Virus record (IMG/VR): IMGVR_UViG_3300037424_000608
Location: 1 to 32,226 of that record
Reading direction: 5' to 3' (one strand)
DNA: 32,226 nucleotides
Source: a virus
Taxonomy: Duplodnaviria > Caudoviricetes
This document shows positions 8,843 through 16,740 of this stretch, one piece after another. The position numbers and the translations under genes were made by a program. Within the stretch, counting starts at the first letter, position 1. Each line of letters begins with the position of its first letter. The notes under the pieces are model-generated. The model was not told the DNA's origin and made no database searches. It saw only the letters and a list, made by a program, of their open reading frames with translations.

Positions 8843-9682
8843 ATGGAAACCAAAAACAGACCCGACAACCCGGAAGAGGTTGAGAAGCACAAGAACAGAT
8901 TTCTTGGCGGCAAAGCTCTTGTTGTTCTTGGCGGTCCTTCTGGCATCGGATGGAAAAGACTTCGAAACAAGTTGAAGCCCGATATTCTCATAACTTGTAA
9001 CGGTGGAGTAGGAGTTCGGAATGCAGACTACTGGGTCCTTGGCGAGAATATGAACAGGAAACTTTACTATGCCTTGAAAGGTCAAGAACGCTACAAAAAA
9101 TTCGTATCTATTTTTGACGTTCCAAATACCGCCAAAGTTAGGATGATTAATTTCCAGAACTGGGAGCGATCACCCAACTATCCTGATTTCCCCTCTGTAG
9201 GTGAGCACTACAATCTTTCCGGGTCAGATGTCATCAAAATAAGGCGTGTTGGATACGATGAATATTCTTCTAATTTGTCGCTAAGGGAGTACGGGGAAGG
9301 GTTTCTCTACGGTCCTTTGTTCAAAAAACAAAAAGAGCTTGGTTGCCGAATTGCCTGGCGCGTTGGAACGGTGGCAATCCATTGTGTACACCTGGCTGGG
9401 ATCTTAGGTTGCTCAGAAGTCCACACGATAGGCTATGATCTTTGTTTTCCGAAAGGCCGCAACTTTCCCCACCACTGGTACAGCGACCCAGATTATGAAA
9501 AAGACAGTTTCAGAACTGAGAGCGTTTTTACCCGCCAGTACAATGTTGATACTCAATGGGACTGGATAGAAGGCGCAGAATTCGTTGCAAATATCGAACA
9601 CTTATTTGTCCGAGATGGATTAAAATGGATAGACCACTCAGGCGGGTTGTTATCCCGTATGGGTGTATGGTGTGCAAAATAA
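8843..9682 (+). CDS. Maf/DUF115 sialyltransferase-like protein, copy B (paralog of 6903..7712)
   Basis: KALVVLGGPS, ITCNG, LREYGEGF, VGTVA, HLAGILGCSEVHTIGYDLCFP, HHWY, TQWDWIE, DHSGGLLS and terminal WCAK are shared with copy A. Confidence 0.7.
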   Translation: METKNRPDNPEEVEKHKNRFLGGKALVVLGGPSGIGWKRLRNKLKPDILITCNGGVGVRNADYWVLGENMNRKLYYALKGQERYKKFVSIFDVPNTAKVRMINFQNWERSPNYPDFPSVGEHYNLSGSDVIKIRRVGYDEYSSNLSLREYGEGFLYGPLFKKQKELGCRIAWRVGTVAIHCVHLAGILGCSEVHTIGYDLCFPKGRNFPHHWYSDPDYEKDSFRTESVFTRQYNVDTQWDWIEGAEFVANIEHLFVRDGLKWIDHSGGLLSRMGVWCAK

Positions 9683-9694
9683 AGGAGATATACA

Positions 9695-10354
9695 ATGGCA
9701 GATGTTGAAGTCGTAACTATGAATGTTCCTGTTGCTGGTGGCGGAACGGCAATAATTACCGAAAAGTTTGTCGATCAAGGTGACGGCACATACGCGCGTA
9801 AAGTCGCCGCCGAATTGGTTGTTGGTGATGTAACTATCGGAGAAGTCGATCAGGGCGCGGCGGGTACGGAAGCATGGAAGGTACAGGAAGGCACGGACAT
9901 TACCAGTCCTACGGCTATGCCAGCAGGGGGCGCGGGGCTGCGTGGGTGGCTTTCTGCGATCTGGACGAAATTGAATGCCAGCCTTGCCGTTACAGGGACG
10001 TTTTGGCAGACAACACAACCTGCGTCTGACGCTGGACCTGCCCAGACTGTCACTAGAACACCATTTACCAGCAATGACGCAAGCGTGACTCCAGTTGACC
10101 TTACTACTGCACCGGGTGCTAGTTTGAAGGCGGTAGCAATGGACATTATTGTGAGCGTGGTAACGGCCTGCCAAGTCAATATCATTACAGAAGATGGAAC
10201 CGGGTTTAGTATCCACATGGGAGCAAACTCAACTGTACAGTTATCTCCGAGAGGCTATGCCGCCAAGGGTACTGCCAATAACAAAAAGTTGCAGATCACC
10301 ACGAGTGTTGCGTCTGTGGTTTCTGGCGTTTGCAATTGGTTTGCGGAGGCGTGA
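9695..10354 (+). CDS. Ser/Thr/Ala/Val-rich putative virion (fibre/decoration) protein
   Basis: Strong RBS AAGGAG at 9682. Beta-strand-like, T/V/A/G-rich composition typical of phage structural proteins. Confidence 0.6.
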   Translation: MADVEVVTMNVPVAGGGTAIITEKFVDQGDGTYARKVAAELVVGDVTIGEVDQGAAGTEAWKVQEGTDITSPTAMPAGGAGLRGWLSAIWTKLNASLAVTGTFWQTTQPASDAGPAQTVTRTPFTSNDASVTPVDLTTAPGASLKAVAMDIIVSVVTACQVNIITEDGTGFSIHMGANSTVQLSPRGYAAKGTANNKKLQITTSVASVVSGVCNWFAEA

Positions 10355-10355
10355 C

Positions 10356-11150
10356 GTGCCTTATCCGCTGGCTTCGATAAATCCACAAAGCCTATCGGGG
10401 CTGCTTGGCGGGGGGGTGTTGTCCAAAACCCCAGACCAGGTGGCAAATCTGGCCGCATGGTTTGACGCGTCGGATATAACCACGATGTATAAAGACGCGG
10501 GGGTGACGCCCGTGAGCGCGGACGGGGACGCGATTGCGCAGATCAACGATAAGAGCGGGAACAGCAGAGTTTTATCAGGAGGTGGAGGAGCGGCCAAGCC
10601 ATTATATAAAATCAATATTCAAAACGGCTTGAGCGTAGTGCGCTTTGATGGCGTGGATGACATACTCTCATCGGTGTGGACTAATGCCAATGTTGGATGT
10701 AATGATGGCAATTGGTGCATTATTGGCGGATTTACACCTGTGGCACTAGACACAAACAGCGCAACGGTATATCAGAACGACTGTTTATGGTCGTGGATTG
10801 GCGGCTACGGCGGTGTATTTATGAAGTCTGCGCCAAATATCCAACTCTATCATTATGATGGCACATTGGATATAACCACCGCTGAGGGAATTGCAGTAGG
10901 AACGCCGATTATCTCGGTGTCCTACCAGACGGGGGGGGTTGCGTCTCACGCACTTGGCAAAAATACCCCCCAGAGCGTTTCCAGTGGCAATAGCGGAGGT
11001 GGGGCGAGGACATTTAGAATTGCTACAGAAACGCCAATTTTCACACAGTTGGATTTACACGAGTTGTTTATCTATTCCACAAAACCAAGTGACGCAGATA
11101 TTATCTTGTTGCTTAATTACCTGATAGGGAAGTGGAATTACCCTACTTAG
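10356..11150 (+). CDS. ConA/LamG-like lectin-fold putative virion protein
   Basis: GGAGG then GTG at 10356 (preferred over track start 10194). Motifs LAAWFDASD, QINDKSGN, NGLSVVRFDGVDD, LHELFIYS...NYLIGKW. Confidence 0.65.
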   Translation: MPYPLASINPQSLSGLLGGGVLSKTPDQVANLAAWFDASDITTMYKDAGVTPVSADGDAIAQINDKSGNSRVLSGGGGAAKPLYKINIQNGLSVVRFDGVDDILSSVWTNANVGCNDGNWCIIGGFTPVALDTNSATVYQNDCLWSWIGGYGGVFMKSAPNIQLYHYDGTLDITTAEGIAVGTPIISVSYQTGGVASHALGKNTPQSVSSGNSGGGARTFRIATETPIFTQLDLHELFIYSTKPSDADIILLLNYLIGKWNYPT

Positions 11151-13135
11151 GCGGCGGCCCGCAAACGCATATACTTACTGGCACTGGCTCGGAAGAAACA
11201 GATTATGTCTTTCCGCTTCATGTTCATCGTGGAACACGCTCTGGCGACACAGGGACGAGTGATGTCTATATGTTAGACAGGTGCAATACAAATTTCTCTG
11301 ATGTTTATTTTACTGACAGGGCGGGGAATACCCTGTCTCACTATCTCCATTCGTACGGGAATTATGAAACCATCCCGCAAGAGGCAATCGGAGACACGTC
11401 TATCATTTTGTCGAATGGCAAGATCATTGCCAGCCGTGTAGATGGAATTACAGACGGGGTTGCAGAGAGCACAAATAACGGGCAAAACTGGACAGAGATT
11501 TACGCTCCACTAGGGGCGGATGAAGTGCAACTGGTGGGGGTGTCTGCGCTCGGGTATATTTTTATCCATGATGGCAGTCTATTCCGTCGCAGTATAGATG
11601 ACGGGGAGAATTGGACTACAGTTATAGATGCTTTGGCAGTTGGCGGCACGGCTCATTTCCGCCCGTATGGGTTCGCAGAGGCGGCAAACGGGGTGCTGTT
11701 CGCGGGGCGGTATCAAGATACTTACGACGCGGCCTTGTATCGCAGCCTGGATGATGGGGCAACATGGGAAATTATCTATACAGGTGGGGAAACTGAGCAA
11801 CACTTCCACGGGGTAGCAATTGACCTGTATACGGGTTTATTGTATGCCGGGATAGACGGCAGCGGGAGGAACACGATCAGGTCTGCAAATGCAACTGACC
11901 CGGAAACAGCAGCAGGAGATATTACCTTTACCAAGATCATGGACTCTGATTTTGTGCAAGCCTTATTTGGTGATGGCTGGCGCATGTTCTCGATTGAAAA
12001 CCCTGTGCTCAATGGTTCGACAATTATTTCTACGGTCCTACGCACCACCGACGATATAACATTTACCAGCGAGATCCTTACGAACCTGTGCGGGCGCGTT
12101 GTCCGGCAGGTTGGGAACAATATCTATCTGGCAACAAGCGCACAATATAACCAACGATACCCTATGATCTTACAACGCCAAAACGATGAGACATGGAAAA
12201 CTATCAGGACATCCCTGTTTGACGCCACCGCCCAGAATCTCGGCTGGCGCATGGCGTTTGGCGAAGGGACGCCAACGGGGAGCGAGAATCAATTACTGGT
12301 AGGGCACGAGAATAGCGCCGGATACAAAAATCTCCGCCTGTTCGACGGTGGCAATCACTACCAGGCGTTGTATTATGTCAAAATCCCAACGTTACCTGCT
12401 GCGGGGGAACAAATAAACATCCACTGGAACGGTAGCGGAGTTAGTACACTAGATACATTCAACGATGTGACACTGGCTGGACTCCTGGGGCGATGGAAAC
12501 TGGATGAAGGAACAGGTACGGCAATTACAGACATTTCAGGCAATAACAAAAACGGCGTGCTTACTTCCGGTTTGGGGGGTTGGAACGCAGCAGGCATAAA
12601 ACGAGCGGGAGCAGAAATACCAGATATTGTCCTGCCCGGCGCGTCCTATCATTTCAATGGTTCACGGATTGAAATCACAGGTTCAGACACAGACGAAGAT
12701 TTCCAATTCACCAATAATTTTACTGTGCTGTGCTGGTACAAGTCCACCAATTCGGCGCGTCAATGGTTAGTTGGCAAGGGGCTTGTATCTGGTAATAATT
12801 GGTCGATACGAACGCAGGAGGGGAGCGGTTTTCTGAGGTTCTTTTACTCACAGAATGCTTCTCACGATGTTGCACCCTATATCCCAGCCAGTGACGGGGG
12901 CACTCATTTCGTCGGTGTATCAATCAGTAGCGACAATAAAATAACATGGGTCGTAGATGGCAAAGATTATGCAGCCGTGGCTTTAGATGCGCCGATTACT
13001 GCCAATGACGGACTCGTCACAATTGGAGCGGATGCGAGCGGCGCGTTACCATTTGTCGGAGATGAGGACGATATACAGATTTACAACGCTGCGCTGACGG
13101 CTGCGCAGATGCGTAAAATCTACGAGGCTCGCTGA
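11132..13135 (+). CDS. DUF2341-like + BNR/Asp-box beta-propeller + LamG (concanavalin-like) protein, putative receptor-binding/fibre protein
   Basis: CNTNFSDVYFTD...SHY and YYVKIPTLPA...INIHWNG (DUF2341-like). Asp boxes STNNGQNW, SIDDGENW, SLDDGATW. LamG motifs GRWKLDEGTGTAITDISGN ... FVGDEDDIQIYNAALT. The start codon is uncertain. Confidence 0.75.
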   Translation: MELPYLGGGPQTHILTGTGSEETDYVFPLHVHRGTRSGDTGTSDVYMLDRCNTNFSDVYFTDRAGNTLSHYLHSYGNYETIPQEAIGDTSIILSNGKIIASRVDGITDGVAESTNNGQNWTEIYAPLGADEVQLVGVSALGYIFIHDGSLFRRSIDDGENWTTVIDALAVGGTAHFRPYGFAEAANGVLFAGRYQDTYDAALYRSLDDGATWEIIYTGGETEQHFHGVAIDLYTGLLYAGIDGSGRNTIRSANATDPETAAGDITFTKIMDSDFVQALFGDGWRMFSIENPVLNGSTIISTVLRTTDDITFTSEILTNLCGRVVRQVGNNIYLATSAQYNQRYPMILQRQNDETWKTIRTSLFDATAQNLGWRMAFGEGTPTGSENQLLVGHENSAGYKNLRLFDGGNHYQALYYVKIPTLPAAGEQINIHWNGSGVSTLDTFNDVTLAGLLGRWKLDEGTGTAITDISGNNKNGVLTSGLGGWNAAGIKRAGAEIPDIVLPGASYHFNGSRIEITGSDTDEDFQFTNNFTVLCWYKSTNSARQWLVGKGLVSGNNWSIRTQEGSGFLRFFYSQNASHDVAPYIPASDGGTHFVGVSISSDNKITWVVDGKDYAAVALDAPITANDGLVTIGADASGALPFVGDEDDIQIYNAALTAAQMRKIYEAR

Positions 13136-13157
13136 GTTGGCATAGAACAACAATCCT

Positions 13158-13265
13158 ATGAAACCCTTCTCCCGCACTCCTCTATTTGGCCTGATCGTTG
13201 CAGTTGGTTTTTCGGTGGCGGTGTGGTGGGGGGTGTGGATGGTAATTGGTAATAGATATATCTAG
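13158..13265 (+). CDS. 35-aa single-TM micropeptide (not in ORF track)
   Basis: Hand translation gives MKPFSRTPLFGLIVAVGFSVAVWWGVWMVIGNRYI*. It fills the gap before the portal and its stop overlaps the portal RBS. It has no clear RBS of its own. Confidence 0.35.
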   Translation: MKPFSRTPLFGLIVAVGFSVAVWWGVWMVIGNRYI

Positions 13266-13275
13266 GAGCGTGACA

Positions 13276-14838
13276 ATGCCTATCATTACAGTTGACCCAG
13301 TGGAAATGTCGTATCTTGACGCAGTATGGAACAGCGTCATAGAAGAGATGCAGAATATCCAACTTGCCCGGGACTATTTCAACGGCAAGCACGATACATC
13401 TTTTATGTCTGATCGAGTGAAAGAATTCTTGAATTTGCATTCTAGCGTTAGTTTTCGGTTAAATGTTTGCCAGGGCGTAGTTCAAGCGCTTGCGAACGAG
13501 CTCGAATTGATTGGACTGGATACAAGCGAAACCCAAGACGCAAATGGGAATAAGCTACAGGCGGAATGGGCGGCGGAATTATTCAAAGCTAATGATATTG
13601 CATCGTTGCAAACAGATGTGCACGAGGCGGCGCTAGCCGACCGTGAAACCTATATTATTGTCGAGTACGATACGAATAAAGGTTATGCTGTGTTTACTCA
13701 CAATCCCCGGCTCGTTACCGTTGAGGCGGGCGGTGATGGCATGGGCGCGGTGATCGTCTATCAAAATGATGACATCCATCAAGATCCCGAATATGCAGTC
13801 AAGGAATGGATTGATACCGAATACGATAGTGCGGGGAACCCGCGCACAACAAAGCGGCGGACCGTTTATTATGCTGACAGGATAGAGCGTTTTGTATATG
13901 ATTATGGATGGAAACATTTTGAAGAGAAGATTGTCAACGAAGACGGGGTAGAGACGTTGAAGCCCTGGCCGGAGCCCTGGGTAAAATCAGATGGTACGCC
14001 TATCGGTATTTCTGTTGCGCATTTCCCGAATAAGTCTTTGACCGCTGAGCACTGGGAAGCAATCCCGCCGCAGGATGCGATCAACAAAACACTGGTCGAT
14101 GTCCTGGCGGCTAATGACCTGACCGCCTTCAAGAGCTTTTTCGGCTTTGGCTTCTACCCGACTAAGGATAATAAAGTTCCGAAATCAGACGGCTCTAACC
14201 TGATGAAGATTGGGCCGGCGCAATTCAACGGCACAACAAAATTACCAAGTGAAGCCAGTTTACAAGAAATCGAAGGCGCGGATAATACCCCACTTATGGA
14301 ATCGCTGAAAGACCTGGTGATGTTCGTAGCACAGATCACAGATACCCCTGTCACCCGTTTTATCACATCAGCGCAAATTGCAAGTTCCGAGACGATCATG
14401 GCGCAAAAGCAAGCGCTGAGGGACAAAGCGAAAAACCGCCGCGCTCGCTTCGGTGGCCGCTGGGTGCAATGTTTCGAGATTGCCAGGATACTGGAAAATA
14501 TCTACGGCGAACTTACGCTAGACGAAACTGTAACATTTACCCCGTTATGGCGCTCGGACAAGACACTCGAAGAGATTGCCGATAAAGTAAGTAAACTCAA
14601 AATCACGCAGAAGCAGGCGTGGAAGGAAGCAGGTTATACCACTGCCGAAATTGAAGAGATGGCAAAAGACCCAGAATACCTGTTCACCTTCTTCGATAGC
14701 ATTTTCACGGGCTACGACAAAGCATCGCAACAAGGTATACCGTTTGAAGCATACTTACGGATGATTAACTTGCCGGATGATACAATTACAATGTTGGTAG
14801 CAGCGCAAGGCAAGGCTACTCTGGCGATAAGTCAGTAA
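13276..14838 (+). CDS. Portal protein (SPP1 gp6-like)
   Basis: AGGAG RBS before ATG 13276. About 520 aa, with ARDYFNGKH, NVCQGVVQAL, IPPQDAINKTL, SSETI...L and WKEAGYT patterns. Position in the head module fits. Confidence 0.88.
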   Translation: MPIITVDPVEMSYLDAVWNSVIEEMQNIQLARDYFNGKHDTSFMSDRVKEFLNLHSSVSFRLNVCQGVVQALANELELIGLDTSETQDANGNKLQAEWAAELFKANDIASLQTDVHEAALADRETYIIVEYDTNKGYAVFTHNPRLVTVEAGGDGMGAVIVYQNDDIHQDPEYAVKEWIDTEYDSAGNPRTTKRRTVYYADRIERFVYDYGWKHFEEKIVNEDGVETLKPWPEPWVKSDGTPIGISVAHFPNKSLTAEHWEAIPPQDAINKTLVDVLAANDLTAFKSFFGFGFYPTKDNKVPKSDGSNLMKIGPAQFNGTTKLPSEASLQEIEGADNTPLMESLKDLVMFVAQITDTPVTRFITSAQIASSETIMAQKQALRDKAKNRRARFGGRWVQCFEIARILENIYGELTLDETVTFTPLWRSDKTLEEIADKVSKLKITQKQAWKEAGYTTAEIEEMAKDPEYLFTFFDSIFTGYDKASQQGIPFEAYLRMINLPDDTITMLVAAQGKATLAISQ

Positions 14839-14845
14839 AGGAGAC

Positions 14846-15052
14846 ATGATGAAAATCATTGCAAAACTTTCACAGCATTTACACGAGAGTATCGCCGTGA
14901 AAACGGAAATCCGTTGTAAAAAATGTAATACATTAAGGGTAATGTGGCCGAGCGGGCTAGTAGATACCTGCAATCAATGCGGGGATTGCGGGTATATGTC
15001 GATACGCGGAGAAATTATAAATTTTCTCGAAAAGATTGAAGGCGTCCGTTAA
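14846..15052 (+). CDS. Small Zn-ribbon protein
   Basis: AAGGAG RBS. CKKC...CNQC. Confidence 0.65.
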   Translation: MMKIIAKLSQHLHESIAVKTEIRCKKCNTLRVMWPSGLVDTCNQCGDCGYMSIRGEIINFLEKIEGVR

Positions 15053-15088
15053 ATGCCAGCCCCAGCGATTAGTCAATAAGGAGAAAGC

Positions 15089-15256
15089 ATGGCAAGCAAA
15101 AAACAAAACACGAATAGTAAGAAACAGGGCAGCAAAAACATGCCCATGACTTCATCTGTCATGAATAAAAACATGATGAAAAACCGCATGATGGAAAACA
15201 TGACGGACGCGGAGCACAGCGTTCATAAAAAGAAACAGAAGCGGAAAGGCAAATGA
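15089..15256 (+). CDS. 55-aa Lys/Met-rich basic microprotein (not in ORF track)
   Basis: TAAGGAG RBS. Translation MASKKQNTNSKKQGSKNMPMTSSVMNKNMMKNRMMENMTDAEHSVHKKKQKRKGK*. The stop is 1 nt before the next ATG. Confidence 0.75.
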   Translation: MASKKQNTNSKKQGSKNMPMTSSVMNKNMMKNRMMENMTDAEHSVHKKKQKRKGK

Positions 15257-15257
15257 A

Positions 15258-15449
15258 ATGAAAGTTTATTTTAGTGATGAAAAGACTCTTGTAATTGAAC
15301 CGGAAAACATACCCGAAGGTATGGCTCTGAAAGTGTGGGTAAAAATCAAAAAAGCCCCACTTGTAAAGAGTTATTCGCCAAAAAAAAATAATATTTGGGG
15401 ATATTCTTTGTCTGGCTCTGATGAATCTCAAGATGACGACAATCTCTAA
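15258..15449 (+). CDS. Hypothetical protein
   Basis: 63-aa ORF tightly coupled to its neighbours. Confidence 0.55.
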   Translation: MKVYFSDEKTLVIEPENIPEGMALKVWVKIKKAPLVKSYSPKKNNIWGYSLSGSDESQDDDNL

Positions 15450-15630
15450 ACGTATCCCCCTGGGCGCTCCGCTCAATCTGTCTGATGAAACTATGGAAGC
15501 GCTGACTACTGCCGAAGCAATTGCACCTGATGAAATCAAGTTGCAAGAGTTGCGCGCGAAATGGCAGCGACTTGTCCCCGCGTTTCTCGTAAATCTATTA
15601 GATGCGAAAATGGTAGAAGATGCCGAGTAG
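15433..15630 (+). CDS. Hypothetical protein upstream of minor head protein
   Basis: In-operon ORF overlapping both neighbours. Start is either 15421 or 15433. Confidence 0.55.
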   Translation: MTTISKRIPLGAPLNLSDETMEALTTAEAIAPDEIKLQELRAKWQRLVPAFLVNLLDAKMVEDAE

Positions 15631-16291
15631 CCCGCTCTTCGGTTGGAATCCTATCGCGGGCCGTTTTTTCAATAAGGCAAACGGGCGTTTTTTATCGTTT
15701 CAAACTATCCGCGATGAAGGCATAGAAGCGATTGTAGACAGTACCAAAGCAGATATGGGCTCGCTTACTGATCAACTCATAGCGCGCGAAATCAGCCTGG
15801 CTGAGTGGCAATCTGGCATGATGGAACTTATCAAGGATGGTAACAATCTTGCAGGGATTGCCGCGCGCGGGGGGATTGAACAGATGAGTCAAGCCGACTG
15901 GGGCGCGGTCGGCAATGCAACACGGGACCAATACCGCTATCTCAGGAACTTTGCAGAAGAGATAGCCAGCGGCAAGCAACCCTTGAATGGGTCCGCCCGC
16001 GTTCGTGCTCAATTGTACGCCGAAGCGATTGAAAACCAATACGAACGTTTCAGGCGGCGCAATGAGCAGATTTACAATGGCGCTGAGGAAGAACAGCGCG
16101 TAATCGATCCGGCAGCGGAGCATTGCGAAACGCGCGGGGACTTGGAAGGATGTGTAGAGCTTGCCGCGCTTGGTTGGCAGAAGATAAGGACCCTACCCCC
16201 CATCGGGCATAGTCCTTGTATCGTTCGGTGCAGGTGCCATTTCATATTCAGGAAGAAAGTAGGCAACCAATGGGTAATCATGGGAGAGTAA
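15620..16291 (+). CDS. Minor head (Mu gpF / SPP1 gp7-like) morphogenesis protein
   Basis: C-terminal HC...C...PPIG...CIVRCRC motif. Located between portal and scaffold. Confidence 0.75.
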   Translation: MPSSPLFGWNPIAGRFFNKANGRFLSFQTIRDEGIEAIVDSTKADMGSLTDQLIAREISLAEWQSGMMELIKDGNNLAGIAARGGIEQMSQADWGAVGNATRDQYRYLRNFAEEIASGKQPLNGSARVRAQLYAEAIENQYERFRRRNEQIYNGAEEEQRVIDPAAEHCETRGDLEGCVELAALGWQKIRTLPPIGHSPCIVRCRCHFIFRKKVGNQWVIMGE

Positions 16292-16311
16292 AAATCGGAG
16301 GGGCGCTTTGG

Positions 16312-16482
16312 ATGGACAATCAAGGAAACATTGTTAGACAAACAAAGCCAGTGGATGGTATCTTGGCTCCAATCAACTTGCGCAAAGGCGATATTCTAAG
16401 GATAAATTTTGAGACGCAGGAAATCGAAATGGTGAAAAGGAAAAAAAAGATAATTTACAAAAAGGAAGAAATGGGAGAATAA
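16312..16482 (+). CDS. Hypothetical protein
   Basis: GGAGGGG RBS before ATG 16312 (shorter than the track ORF). Confidence 0.5.
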   Translation: MDNQGNIVRQTKPVDGILAPINLRKGDILRINFETQEIEMVKRKKKIIYKKEEMGE

Positions 16483-16485
16483 AAA

Positions 16486-16740
16486 ATGTATTGTCCAATC
16501 TGTAAGAAAATGCCGCTTGTGTTCAATGTTGGCGATGGAAAGCTTCAAGACATTGTTTGCAGGAATGGATGCGAGATAAAACAAGGCTCTGAATTGTTTT
16601 GGATTTTATCAAAAGCCTATGATGAAATGGTAGAGCATGATGTAAGACTAGGACATATACAGAGAGATTTCGAAAGAAGCATCGCTATGATTTACGAAGA
16701 CATTGCTGATCTTTTATTAAAGGAACGGGGTATCCGGTGA
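16486..16740 (+). CDS. Small Zn-ribbon protein
   Basis: GGAG RBS. CPIC...CRNGC. GTGA overlap with the next gene. Confidence 0.6.
   Translation: MYCPICKKMPLVFNVGDGKLQDIVCRNGCEIKQGSELFWILSKAYDEMVEHDVRLGHIQRDFERSIAMIYEDIADLLLKERGIR

Noticed and set aside
9682-9697. AAGGAGATATACA-ATG matches the T7 gene 10/pET ribosome-binding site (possible vector contamination)
   Set aside because: Only 13 nt match, there is no flanking T7 leader or vector sequence, and it is seamlessly joined to the upstream stop codon. It is best read as a strong native RBS.
15380-15388. A9 run as a second programmed -1 frameshift
   Set aside because: The -1 frame hits TAA immediately, so no extended product would result.
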